Positions 36,906 to 50,109 are shown, counted from the first letter of the whole stretch. The stretch is 63,245 bases of DNA, filler included, from Octopus bimaculoides (GCF_001194135.2; 5 parts of 5 records of this genome joined end to end with filler, not necessarily neighbours in it), one strand, 5' to 3'. Notes: generated from the letters alone by a model not told the origin. Made by a program: numbers and translations.

Positions 36906-37062
36906 TTCTCCGTGTTTTTCTCCTTGTCTCCGTATTCTTTCTGTTGAAGAGCGTAGCTCGAAACGTCAAAGACTTTCCGTATTCCCGAGTGTCATACTAA
37001 TATATACTTTTGTTATTTACACCACCTGTCCTCGTCTGTTGTTATTATTTGTATATTCTCCC
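36898..37062 (+). mobile_element. Solo Penelope-like pseudo-LTR inserted in (TA)n
   Basis: Homologous to the 3' end of the element at 53855-56400; (TA)n on both sides; absent from the paralogous site near 38900-38950. Confidence 0.8.
36936..36972 (+). ncRNA. Minimal type I hammerhead-ribozyme-like motif (variant core)
   Basis: UCUUU CUGUUGA A GAGC GUA GCUC GAAAC GUC AAAGA: stem I UCUUU/AAAGA, stem II GAGC/GCUC, palindromic ACGU stem III, GUC site. Confidence 0.65.
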
Positions 37063-38901
37063 ATATATATATATATATGAATTATGAGACTATCTCAGTT
37101 TAAAGTTTGTGAGGAGTAGTGTGAGCAGGTTTATGAAATAGAGTCCATTATTTCTCTATTTATACAGTGTTCACATTTATGGATAGATAAGAGTATCATA
37201 TCTTTTTTTTTTTTTAGATTTAGCACATATTGTTCCTCTGTTTATGGACTGGTATATGTGTACATAATTGCAATGCAAATGTACACATATTACTGAAAAG
37301 AAAGAAGAAACTGTCGTAATACAACAGTGATGAGCAAACAAGTTGAGGGTCAATTCAAGCTGGCTATCACTTAATTATCCCTACCATATGTACTGCTTTA
37401 CCACATCAGACAAACAGTAAAGATATTAAAAAAATTTTCTACATTTCAAGATGAAATATCTGAAAATGATTCAAGGATAGACACAAATATAAAAACATGA
37501 AGTTACTAGTTTAAAAATCACACACACACACAACACACACACACACAACACACCAGAAATCCTGGAGTAAGAGAATTGCACAAATATACGGTCAGCCACA
37601 AAACAATGTGAGGTCCCAAACTTAATGTTATGTCACTAAGATTTTTAAGGCAATTCCCTACTTTCTAGGCCATCATCACCACGACCTAAATACACTTACA
37701 ACAAACAAAACGGATCTTTCTGAATTGACGGCCACCACTTGTTTTCTTAATGAAACACTTTCAAACTTGGGATACAAGAAAACATTACGTACAACAATAT
37801 TAAGACTGCATCAAAGTTTTCTCATGGTATGTATACAATGAAGTGCTAAAGAAATACATATAAACTATATCCTTAAACCTAGCAGTCTTAATTTTTCATA
37901 TTTTCTATTTCAAGACTTAATAAACTAATAGTTTATATAAAGATAGGGTTTAGGTGTAAGTAAAGGAATGGAAAACATTCAACATTACACAATAGCATCT
38001 ATTTAATGAAAGACTCATAAGGCATAAAACTGTATACTCACACCTTGCAAGAGTTCAACATAATCCAGTAAATAGATATTATCTAGACATGAAAATCCAA
38101 AAAACAAGAGACATTTTCCATAGGATTACATTAAAAGAAAACAGCAGAAAATTGGTGAAGATAGTTGTTTTAGATATTATAGAATAATAATGCCTGAACA
38201 AAATTGTCACCTAAAATAAGATTCTGCAAATGAACAATGATCTGTTTATTTTTATTTATGTTACACTGCTGTTTGCTACTAAGTGCCCATAGTCTAGCTT
38301 AGTCATTAAAACTGACATACAATTATTGCTCTTACTCATTGAAGAAACTCATTTCTTCAAGTAATGTGTCACTGAAATGTGCGACAAGCACAGTTTAAAA
38401 CTATGGTAGCATTGAATGAACAAATTATAGTAAAGAGATGATAGAATTTTTTTCTTTTTTTAATTCTAACTTTTCTTTATTTACTGGGCAGAGATGCACC
38501 CTCAAGTTATATCTTATTTCATTACAAAGTAGGTCCAATTATCCTAACTTAGCCAGCAGTGAATCCTGAAGAACTTATGGCATTGCAGTAAACAGTAGTG
38601 AGTTTGACAACAGTTTAGACAAATGGTAGAGAACTATTTTGGATATTTGTTATGGCACTTGTGGATTGGACATAGGACAATGTCTTGTGATATTTAGTTA
38701 AGGTCTTGTATGTTCAGAATTCAAAATCTTGTTGATTTGAACTAAGATTTGAAAAACCTTGATTTTGCAAATTTACAAAAGAATAATAGAACTGAAGTGA
38801 TTAATGGGTTTTTCTTTCTGTTTCTTTTATTTTGATCTTTTCACATTTTGGGGGAAAGAGAACAGTCAGTTATATGGATCTCAGTACTTTGCCTGAAAGT
38901 G

Positions 38902-38951
<50 letters not shown>

Positions 38952-39731
38952 AATGAGACTATTTCAATTTAAAGTTTGTGAGGAGTAGTGTGAGCATTAT
39001 TTCTCTATTTATACAGTGTTCACATTTATGGATAGATAAGAGTATCATATCTTTTTTTTTTTTAGATTTAGTTAATATTATTGAATATCACAGCATTTTT
39101 CTGATGTCACTTTCCCTGAAAATTCCAGGCTACATGCCAATGCTAGAAATAGCTTTATTAAATCTGCAGAGCACTCTTCAGAATATCAGTCGAAGTAATT
39201 TCTTGTAATTCAAATTACTAATATCACCATTAGTGAAAATATGAACATAAATGTAACTTCTCAATCCAACTTTATCTAATAATCTCGGCCTTTATACCAA
39301 TATTAAGAATAATTATTGATTTCTTTTGCCTGGTCACAAGACCAAATGTTGTCGTAATAAACTAGAATCTACCCAGTCAACTGCCAGTTGAAATCAAAGA
39401 CAATTTTCCCGACTATTAACCTCATTTTTAGAGCTGAAACATTTTTTGCTATTTACATCTACATTATATTTCTATTGGTCTGATCTGGTATAGTCATTAG
39501 GTGTCTCATTCTTGGATATATAGTACAGGTTGGGTTTATCAGTAGCACAGTGGATAATGGCATTACTATCATCAGATTAGTAGTAGAGGTTAATAGTTCA
39601 AATCCAATCTGGTGCTATTTACTTATTTACTATTTACTGGTGATGATTGGAGGACAATTGAGTGAAATGTAGAATAAGTATTAAAAAGAGTTTCTTCTCT
39701 GAATGTGAATTAATAGCCCTAAAAGTTATGA

Positions 39732-39912
39732 TAGGCACAAGTGTGATTGTGTGGTAAGAAGCTTGCTTCTCAACCGCATGGTTCTGGGTTCAGTCTCACT
39801 GCATGGCACTTTGGGCAGGTATCTTCTACTATAGCTTCAGGCCGACCAAATCCTTGTGAGTGAATTTGGTAGATGGAAACTGAAAGAAGCCTGTCATGTG
39901 TGTATGTGTATG

Positions 39913-39948
<36 letters not shown>

Positions 39949-40162
39949 CGTGCTTGTGTCTGTTATTGTCCCCCACCACTGCTTGACAACTGGTGTAGAT
40001 GTGTTTATGTGCCTGTAACTTAAACAGTTCGGCAAAAGTTACCAATAGAATAAGTACCAAGTTTTAAAAAAATAAGTACTGGGGTCGATTCATTCAACTA
40101 AAAATTCTTCAAGGTGGGGCCCAAGCACAGTGCAATCTAATGACTGAAACAAGTAAACAATA
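39732..40162 (+). mobile_element. SINE family A, full length
   Basis: Head gtgtggtaagaagcttgc, B-box-like GGTTCAGTCTC, internal (GT)n, shared 3' body. Confidence 0.88.
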
Positions 40163-40805
40163 ATACATAAAAGGTAGTATTAACAATATTTTATTTAGAA
40201 TATCTTGTAAGTTGAATCGACTAGAATACATTGTCAGTAGTTGTTCTCACCATACTGGGTTTATGGACAAGGTCAACCTAGAAAGAGCTGAATGTAGATC
40301 ATATAGAAATAAAAGTAAATATTGTGAGACATTTAGTTTGGTGCTTTACCATTCTTGCCATCTCACTGCCTTTATGGAAAGGATAATTATTATTTGTTAA
40401 TCAAGTGGTGTGTCATGTGGTGGTGGTTTTCTATAAACAGTTCAGTAACAGGGTTTTAATTCATTGCTGGAATTATTTTATTTATGTGATTAATGCTCTT
40501 AGAAAATTTTGAATGCCACAGCTTACCCTAAAAGTTTTACATTCCAATAAATATGAAAAAGAATGGTATATGGCAGTGGGTAGTATGTTTCTCAGTTTTA
40601 ACTGAGCCTGCCAGATGGTCAGATAGAACTTATCACCAAATGAAATCAGTATGACTAAGTCTCAATTCTGAGTTGGAACTGTTTCATTTACATCACACAC
40701 ACACACACACACACACCATCATTTTTGATTTCCCCTCTAAATCTGATATTTCAACAGGAAACAGATCCTTTCCCAAAAGTCAAAATAAATGTTTGTGATG
40801 AACTA

Positions 40806-40952
40806 CCGTATTTTAACATGTATAAGGATCCTCCTACTTTGTGGGGATTAAAATTTGGAAAAAATGTTTTGTAAGGAATTATAATACTATCCATGTATTT
40901 TTTAAACCTAATTTTTGACAAAAAAGGGTTCCTTATACATGTTAAAATACGG
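40806..40952. mobile_element. Tc1/mariner (pogo/Tigger-like) MITE, 147 bp
   Basis: Perfect 23-bp TIR CCGTATTTTAACATGTATAAGGA with TA TSD at 40804-40805 and 40953-40954. Confidence 0.9.
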
Positions 40953-42860
40953 TATTTATTAAAATGAAGCAAAACTTCTTTTTCACTTCTTCTCACCATC
41001 ATCATCAAAGTGTCTCAAAAAATTAGGGTTCATCACAGTTTTCAAGGTATTAACCATTATTGATCTATCCCTTATGAAAACCTGTCAGATGCTGGTTTCT
41101 AGAAAGATTTGCATCCACCACTTGTGAGCTACTTTAATACTTGTCTATTACAGAATGCTCCTACTGCCTAAAAAATACATTTCCTTCATGAAATCTATTT
41201 ACAGCTACAATGACAGGGTATTGAAATTTAAATTTCTTAATAAGAGACTTAGTATGTCATTCATGATGCTATGAATTATTAAACTCCATTCAGACTAGGA
41301 CACAAATCAGTCAACTGCTGCCTTTTTTTAGTAATATATAAATTCAGAAAATACAATTTTCCACTTTGTCTTTCAACAAAAGAGTATTTGTTCAATATAT
41401 ATATATAAAAAAAAATTAAAAAAAATTAAAGGCTTTGACCCAGTAATATTTAACTCAACTTAGCTATGATTTTCAATGAAAAAAACATCTGGTAAAATCC
41501 TGAACTTTGATTCTGAAAAATCTCTTGCTCACACATCTGTTGTATCTCTTCAAGTTATATACAACAGTAATCAATTTAATGCTAAACAAGGATTCTCAAC
41601 TTTTTGTATTATATCAGAACTTTCATTACCTTACTTTTGTGACATATCAGAGTGCACTTCCTAATCTGTTCAAATCAGTATTCCAGCTGTTCATTCAACA
41701 GAACCCCCTAATCCTTGTATTACAGTGTGACAGAGTATACCACTTTATCGACTGGGTTAGTTATGACTCTAATCAATAACTTTGATACCACGTATACGAG
41801 TTCCACAGTGTCATTATCAGAGGTGGTGGGGTGAATATGTCATTATTTAGAGTGGTGAACAAGAGGAAAAAGCATAGTCTTTTTTTTGTTCTTGTTTAGC
41901 CCTACATCAACTCTGACAGAACAGACCTATGATCAAATGCATTTTAACTATGACCACCGCATCTTTCTGTTTGAACAATGAGTATTTAAGACTGGTTAAT
42001 CCAAAGTGTTCCAACCTTCTCAATATAGGATGCAATCTGAAGGAGATTTGACTGTTATTTTAGCAGGTTGAACAACATAGAGGCTCCCTCACTACCTCAA
42101 ATGTGTAGTCGTTGTTTAACTTCAGATCAACCCTGGTCAAGCAGACCTAACTTGAAGATTCTGGTTTTTACTTGTGCAGAATGTGTCCTCTAAGACTATA
42201 TTATGCAATGTATACTTTTTTAAAATGGTAAGATTTTATTTGGAAGAGATTTGATTGCTATTTTTAGCAGGTAAGCATCTATGCAACAGCATAGATACTC
42301 TCTCGGTAGAAATAGAAACTTGTACTCTGGACAATGGTACAGAGTATGATAAACTTATTCTGGCTTAGATTAGGATACATACAGTTAGCAATGCTTTATA
42401 CATCGTGTTATCTTGCCTGCAAAATCTATTATTTTTAGAAATGAGTTGGTCATCATCATTTAATGTCTGTTTTCCATGCTGGCATGGGTTAGATGGTTTG
42501 ACAGGAGCTGGCCAGCCAGAGAACTGCACCAAGCTCCAATTGTCTGTTCTGGCACTTCTTCCAAACTCATCCTTGGTCTGCTACAACACAACATCCTTAT
42601 AACATCAAACCTCTGCACTTGTTCATTTGATATCAATCATCAATTTGCCTTGTCCACACACACACACACACACACACACTATTTTCAATAAGCAGAAGTG
42701 ACAAAGCAACTCAAGCGCTGTGAGTGTTGTGCATGGCATGAAATTCCCATCTCTTAAGTCATTTTGCAATATACTTTTACCAATTAAGAATAAAAAAAGT
42801 TTATATATTTTCATGTTTTGAGTTCTGTCTATCCTGTTTGTACTAACCTCACCTCTCTCC

Positions 42861-42892
<32 letters not shown>

Positions 42893-43559
42893 GGAGCATC
42901 TCAAATGAGTTGGCAATACAAATTCAGTTCCCATTCGAACCATTTCATTGCACATACATTTCATACTTGTGACTCCTGATTATAGGTCATGTTTTAGATA
43001 AGTATAGGGCATTCTCAGCTGATTGCCTTTGATACACACTACCTGTAAAACAAAATCTTCAGTTGGGAGCCAATAACTCTCCAACAATAATAGGTTTCCA
43101 ATTTGTAAATTTGCATGCTTGCACACTCACGTGCACACACAGCATTTATTATTAGCATAGGAAACTGTTCTTTAAATTTGCAATGAATATTATCTCCATC
43201 ATTAATGCCACAACTATCAGCCTAGATAAAAACTTATTTTTCTGATCACATTCATTATTCAAGATCATAATGATATTTGTCAAGTTCACCATGCAGTGAC
43301 TTGATTATTAAGTACACAGCTTGAGATGTCGAGATCAACAACACTGGGGGGGAAAAAAACAAAGGAAAATGACATTGGGAAAGGTAAATGGAGTTATTTT
43401 CAGTTGTAATTGTAGAAGAAATTGTAAGTATGGAGTGTATTTTTCTTGGTTTTTGAATATGATATGTCCCAGGCTTATATAAGATTCTAAAATGTGATGA
43501 ATATGTTTATTCCTAAAAGAGTGAATAGTATACAAATAAGACTATGTAAACATTTTCCT

Positions 43560-45700
43560 AATCAGACCTGCCAATAACAAAGATGGCACATGTGTCATAA
43601 CAGATCTAAATAACTGCAATTATGGCAATCAAACTGAAGATCATTCGTACCAAGGTGTCATTGATCCTAGAAGTGCTGATGATATTTTAAGTTGGAAGAG
43701 TATAAACAACTGAAATGTATTTATAGTGAGTGACATGCATTCAAGAAAAGGTTATTTTATGTTTAAAACTCCTACAAGAAAAATAACATTTGATTAGCAT
43801 TAATAAGAGATCCACTGAATTCATGTTAACAGTGACTAATGAAATTGGGGTAAATATTCCTGACAGTGCAATGACCTTTCATTTTGACGAATTGACATTT
43901 ATTTATATCCCCTCTTGACAACCACAAAGTAGTATCTTAGCAATACTGAAGAAATAAAGAAAGATAACAATAAAAAAAAGGTACCATGATATACCTTCTA
44001 TAGAAGATTATTAGTCATGTGGCAATGCATAACACATGCAAACAAACAAATAACAACATTTCTTGCCGACAAAAAGTGAAATATAAAATAGAAACAATGT
44101 CTGGAAATAGTAAAAAGAGAACCCTTGAAAATAAATTGATTACTCCCGAACAGGAGTAAAAAGTTACTATTGAAAAACTCAGGCATTAGAAGAGAGTTGT
44201 TGAAGGAACAGTAAAAAATTCAACTTAAACTAATCTGTAGTTTACCAAGATAAATGTCACAGAAGTTCCTTCTGGGAAATGTAGTTTTATTCTAGAGTGA
44301 AAATAAGAGTTTAAAAATGATGCAGGATTGTTAAAGAAATCTAAAAGAATATTGACCTTACATTACATCAAAAGCATACAGTATCAATAGTGATACTCTT
44401 GAGGTTATGATTTAGAAACTTCAGGTAAGGAAAGCAGCAAGAAGATTCTTGAATATTAAGTACTGGTACAAAGAAAAATAAAATACCAAGCTGGCTGATA
44501 CTGGCAGAAATAAAACTGATAATCCTTCAAAACAAATCCACTCACATGTTGAAGAACTATAAGAACTATAAGAACTATAAGCCAATTGTATGCTGGAATT
44601 GAAAGGATGAAATTAATACAGCTCGTCTGTATCTAATCCTAGGAGTAACAATACTTCACAGTTGAACAAGCAACTGTGAAGTAAAGAATTTGGAAATGTG
44701 CTGAGCAATTTCTAATTAATAAAATTATGAGTGAAGAGGGGCAGTGGCATAGGAAGAACTTAATTGTAGACTAGCTAGATTACAAAGAAAGGCATTCAAT
44801 TCTATTCCCTACTCATGGATACTAGGAGTATTTTGACTTATTAAAGTTCTAGTGACTATCATCAGGGCTAAAGACACCAAGCTTCATTTTGGACCACTTA
44901 ATGAACCTCTTGCTCTTTTCGTTGAAGAAACTTCAAGACCATGTAATTGGTTAAGAAATTAGTCTCATGTATAGTTCTTTTGAGGAGGAACCTAAAAGAA
45001 TATGGTCAATGATAGGAATGGTATGAAGATGAGCTTTGGCATGGTTACAACACTTTCAAAGGATTAAGGGAATAAATGTTTCTACAAGTCAGTCTAATAA
45101 CATCTGTATCAATGGCCTGATGGGTTTTTACCAATATTTGGTGAAGAATTCTATAAGCACTTAGGGGTAGTTGAAAATATATCTTCTGATGGAACATGAA
45201 ACTAAGAATGCATAAGCATAGATAACCATATAACACAGATTTTAAAAAATATGGTTCTTTGATAGCTCTGCATACAAGCCAGTGGCCTACAATGTGTTTG
45301 CTGTATCAGTATTCATACCAATATCTATGCTACTCATTTGGACACTAGATGAGATAGGAGTTGCTGATGTTAAAATTCCCAATCTTTTAACTAACTATAA
45401 ATGTCTACATTAACAGTAGTGTACTACCTCTACTTAGACAATGACACAGGAGCTTAACATTGATCCAAATAGACTTTGAATGCTGCATTATATCTTTTTG
45501 ACATCTGCTAACCATCTGTTGAAGTTCATTCATGGATCAAGTCAGCATACGTGCAGCAGATAAAATTATGAGAGTTGGAAAAGAGCTCCTCAGAAAGTAT
45601 TCTCTGGGTGTTGAACAAGGATACACATCCAGGGAAGATAAGCTCTATAACAACAGGTAATCAGACGAAAAAATCTTTCTCCTTATCAGCAGAACATCAT
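43560..45700 (+). mobile_element. Very old L1/Tx1-like LINE fossil (possible APE and RT remnants)
   Basis: Scattered motifs in expected order across frames: CVITDLN (GDFN-like), PDGF..EEFYK, IQIDFE, LGVEQGYTS..LY. Confidence 0.4.
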
Positions 45701-46172
45701 GCATAGCCATGCTGTTACAAAGTCTCAAAGTGACAGTAAAACATACAAGGGACACCATACCACCAGCTCAAATCTAATCAATGTCAACATCGAATTCATC
45801 ATCAGCCTCAAATTTGCTATTGTTAGTTTCAATTACATTGTCATCTATCTTGATTTCATCATCGTTAATTTAAATGTCTTCACTAGGAAAGATTTTTCTA
45901 TTGTGAACAATTACTCGTCACAGATTGTAAAAGAATGTAAATATTAAAGGTTTTATAAAGTTTTGTGTAAAAAAATTGTTGCATTATACATTACTATAAA
46001 TAACACTTAGTAACATTAGATGTAATACATATGCAACATGTCAAAAATAAATAACAGTTTAATCTTTTATTCACTATTTCATTTCCTAACTCTCTTAACG
46101 TATTCCTAAAAAATCCAGTACAATCATCTTCAGATTTCATAGACATTCCACCCAAAATATCGATTTATATTT

Positions 46173-46315
46173 GAGTGGCTGTGTGGTGAGAAGTTTGCTT
46201 TCTAACCATATGGTTCCAGGTTCAGTCCTACTGTGCACATATCTTCTACTATAACCTCAGGCTGATCAAAGCCTTGTGAGTGGATTTGGTAAATGAAAAC
46301 TGAAAGAAGCCCGTC

Positions 46316-46411
<96 letters not shown>

Positions 46412-46612
46412 TTGCGTCTGTGTTTGTCCCCCCACCATCAGTTGACAACTGGTGTTGGTGTGTTTACATCCCTCTAATCTAGTGGGTCAGCAAAAGTCAT
46501 TGATAGAATAAGTACTAGGCTTACAAAGAATAAGTCCTGGGGTCGATTTGTTTGACTAAAGGTGGTGCTCCAGCATGGCCACAGTCAAATGACTAAAACA
46601 AGCGAAAGAATA
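46173..46612 (+). mobile_element. SINE family A, full length, with long internal (GT)n
   Basis: A-box-like TGGCTGTGTGG, B-box-like GGTTCAGTCC, (GT)n at ~46322-46408. Confidence 0.88.
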
Positions 46613-47377
46613 CCTACAATTATTGCAGTACTTATATTTGGAACTAATTGCCTCAGTACACAAATACTGAGAAACTAACTGAGTTTCACAAAATCAGAGA
46701 GGGCAACTGTAAAAATATGTAAAACTTTCTAGAAGTTTAGCATTTGTATGCGCAGACATACAAACATATATATATGTACAAATAGACACACACTCTTAAC
46801 TACCACATTGATATTATCTAAATCCCAATGAAAGATATTTTCTAGGTTAGAAACAATCTCTCTCTCACCCCTTTGGGTGAAAAATTTGAAAAACAAACTG
46901 GAATGTGAACACACAATGCACATACTCACACATCCATGTGTAAACATATACACAGACATGCTCACAAATACCAAAAAGATTTCCATACAAATATGAGTGT
47001 ATCTATAAAGTTAGAGACACACAAATATAAATGAATATAGAATACTCATAAAAGTTTATACATGTGAGTTCTGTTAAGGTAGTAAGAAAAATAAAAGAAA
47101 TAATTAAGGACCTACCTCCGACATGCACCCTTATAGTCAACAGCCTCACACTGGTACTGTACCTGAACAGTAACTGAGGTTCCTTGGTTAAAGCTCATAC
47201 CTAGTTAGTGGTGTTTTTAGTAAGATAAATTAATGACTTTTTGCCCTGAATCACCAGTTCCCATAGGGCAGCATACTATTTCATAAACCTTTCCTCTTCT
47301 TCCATTGAAAATATGTGCTTCTGACATACTAGCTGTCAATACTGATAATCTCTGTCTGTCTCCCCCACCACGCACGT

Positions 47378-47419
<42 letters not shown>

Positions 47420-47760
47420 TTAACAACTATCCATGCATATTTACAAAATGTCTTTTGGTCATAGAAGTGGTGGTGGTGAGAGTGTTAGGAAGGGGAAAGG
47501 GTTGCTGGTGACCTACAGAAATATGCGTGTGTGGGTGGGTGTAACTGATAAAAAAAAACAAGGAGGACTGAGTAAGTATTAATGGTGGTGGTGGTGGTAG
47601 AATTTTAGAAAGTTGGTGGTGGTGTGTGTAACTGTATGCATATATGTGTGTGTGTGTGTTTACACACACATATACACATACATATATATCATCATCATTT
47701 TAACATCTGCTTTTCCATGCTTGCATGGAAAATATGGATGTACAAATGCTGACGTTGACA

Positions 47761-47813
<53 letters not shown>

Positions 47814-48471
47814 TGTGTGTGTGTATGTATGTATTACTTATTAAATTCTTTCATTAAAAACTGCAGGGTTCAGTTTTACTATACTTTCAAGTAAATGCAA
47901 AATCAAGATGCCAGTTGTTCAATTTAGAGCTTAGAAATAGAAAAAAAATTTAAGGTGGAGTTATAAATTCCTAATAAGATCACCTCATAAGTTATGAACA
48001 TCTACAAGTTATTTGTAATTTAGAGGTTATCATCTGTGAATTATGGTCTAGAAGTTATTTATAATTTATAGTTTATCATCTGTAATTTATGAATTCTTAG
48101 AGTTTCTTGGAATGAAAAGTAAAAAGAAAAGAATTGTGAAATTCCTAAAATGGATTTTCTTTCAACTAATATTCAAATTCCAAAGAGATTCTTTGAGGAG
48201 TGGAGAGAGAGATAGAGAAAGAAGATTTGTAGATTATCAAAAAAAAAGAAAAGAATACTACTAAGGAAATGATTATGTTTGGTACACAGGAAACGAATAG
48301 GTAGAAATTCTATGCAGTGTGTCCAATGTAAAGAATAGATGCCCTTTATATATATGCATATTACATATACTTGTGTGTGTATGAGAATGCATGTGCATAA
48401 ATTCTTCATCTGATGAGTTGTAGTGCACCTGAGTACTGTATACAATAGGTTGATTATTATTCTGCTTTCTT

Positions 48472-48704
48472 ATTTCTTTATTGCCCACAAGGGGCTACAC
48501 ACAGAGGGGACAAACAAGGACAGACAAAGGGATTAAGTCAATTACATCGACCCCAGTGCGTAACTGGTACTTAATTTATCGACCCCGAAAGGGTGAAAGG
48601 CAAAGTCGACCTCGGCGGAATTTGAACTCAGAACATAACGGCAGACGAAATATCGCTAAACATTTTGCCCGGTGTGCTAACGTTTCTGCCAGTTCGCCGC
48701 CTTC
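48472..48704 (-). mobile_element. SINE family B, full length, with 19-bp TSD
   Basis: TSD ATTATTATTCTGCTTTCTT at 48453-48471 and 48705-48723; tRNA-like head; GTTCAAATTCC B-box. Confidence 0.92.
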
Positions 48705-48909
48705 ATTATTATTCTGCTTTCTTGCCTAACACCATCTGAACAAAACACTTGTATTTTCAAAGACTAGTGGGAAAACAAAATTCTATATTTGAAAAACAGG
48801 TAAGGAATGGTGATAGGAAGAGCACTTGACTTAGTAGAGAGCATTTGTGAAAAAGGAATAACAAGATTTATTCAGGTTTTACTTTCCAACAACAGTCTAC
48901 CTACATTAT

Positions 48910-49300
48910 CAACACCATCATTTAACATCCGTGTTCTATGCTGGCATGGGTTGGGTGGTTTGACAAGACCCAATGGATCCAAGAACTGCATTGTGCTCCA
49001 GTATCTGCTTTGGCATGGTTTCCATAGCTGATACTTATCCCAATGCCAACCACTTTACAATGTGTACTGGGTGCTTTATCCATGCCACTAGTTCTGTTGA
49101 AGCCACCATGCAACTTGCAAGATGATAATCCTAGAAGGAGTGGGGCCAGCTTTATGTTGGAGGCAAAGAGGTTAAAGTATGGAAGAAGCAGAACAAGACC
49201 TAGGACTCAGAAGGCTTGTTACCCACTTTCCATGGCATGAAAGTAATCAAGAGCACATCATTCTGCCTGAATTGGATGCAGATCTGTTGCAGGGATCAAG
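48910..49300 (-). mobile_element. RTE 3' UTR fragment
   Basis: Starts catcatttaacatcc...catgggttgg, the family 3' terminus. Confidence 0.7.
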
Positions 49301-49434
49301 CCCAGCTGTTTTTGAGGGGATGGGCAAGTTGATTTCATCTCTCCCTACCCCACTGTACTTGACTGGTACTTATTTTATTGATCCTGTAGGGATAAAAGGC
49401 AAAGACAACTTTGTTGGAATTTTAACTTAGAATT

Positions 49435-49979
49435 CCGGGTAGAGGAAGGGGTCCACCAAGGTTCAGTCCTCAGTCCCCTCCTATTTATCATGGTCCTCCA
49501 GGCAATAACACAGGAATTCAAGACGGGATGCCCCTGGGAACTCCTCTATGCTGATGACCTTGCCCTAATTGCTGAGTCACTATCAGAACTAGGGGAGAAG
49601 TTTGAGGTGTGGAAGGAAGGACTAGAATAGAAGGGCCTTAGAGTCAACCTAGCTAAAACCAAAGTCCTAATAAGTAGGAAAGTAGACAAAACACAAACCC
49701 GTTCAGGTAGATGGCCCTGCTTGATCTGTAGGTGGCACGTAAAATACACCATTTTGAGCAAGGCCATTACCAGTACCGCCTGACTGGCCTTCATGCTGGT
49801 GGCACGTAAAAGCACCCACTACACTCTTGGAGTGGTTGGCATTAGGAAGGGCATCCAGCTGTAGAAACTCTGCCAAATCAGATTGGAGCCTGGTGTAGCC
49901 TTGTAGTTCGCCAGTCCTCAGTCAAATCGTCCAACACATGCTAGCTTGGAAAGCAGACATTAAACAATGATGATGATGA

Positions 49980-49980
<1 letters not shown>
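49435..49980 (+). mobile_element. Internally deleted RTE (mid-RT fused to 3' UTR) with (TGA)n tail
   Basis: GVHQGSVLSPLLF..ELLYADDLAL..GRWPCLIC, then directly the 3' UTR gtggcacgtaaaatacacc. Confidence 0.85.
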
Positions 49981-50075
<95 letters not shown>

Positions 50076-50109
50076 GCATTTATATACACATGTATATATA
50101 CATATATCT

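Noticed and set aside
45255-45380. GPCR-like hydrophobic reading YKPVAYNVFAVSVFIPISMLLIWTL
   Set aside because: Surrounded by stops, and the neighbouring frames carry LINE RT motifs; better explained as a decayed LINE.
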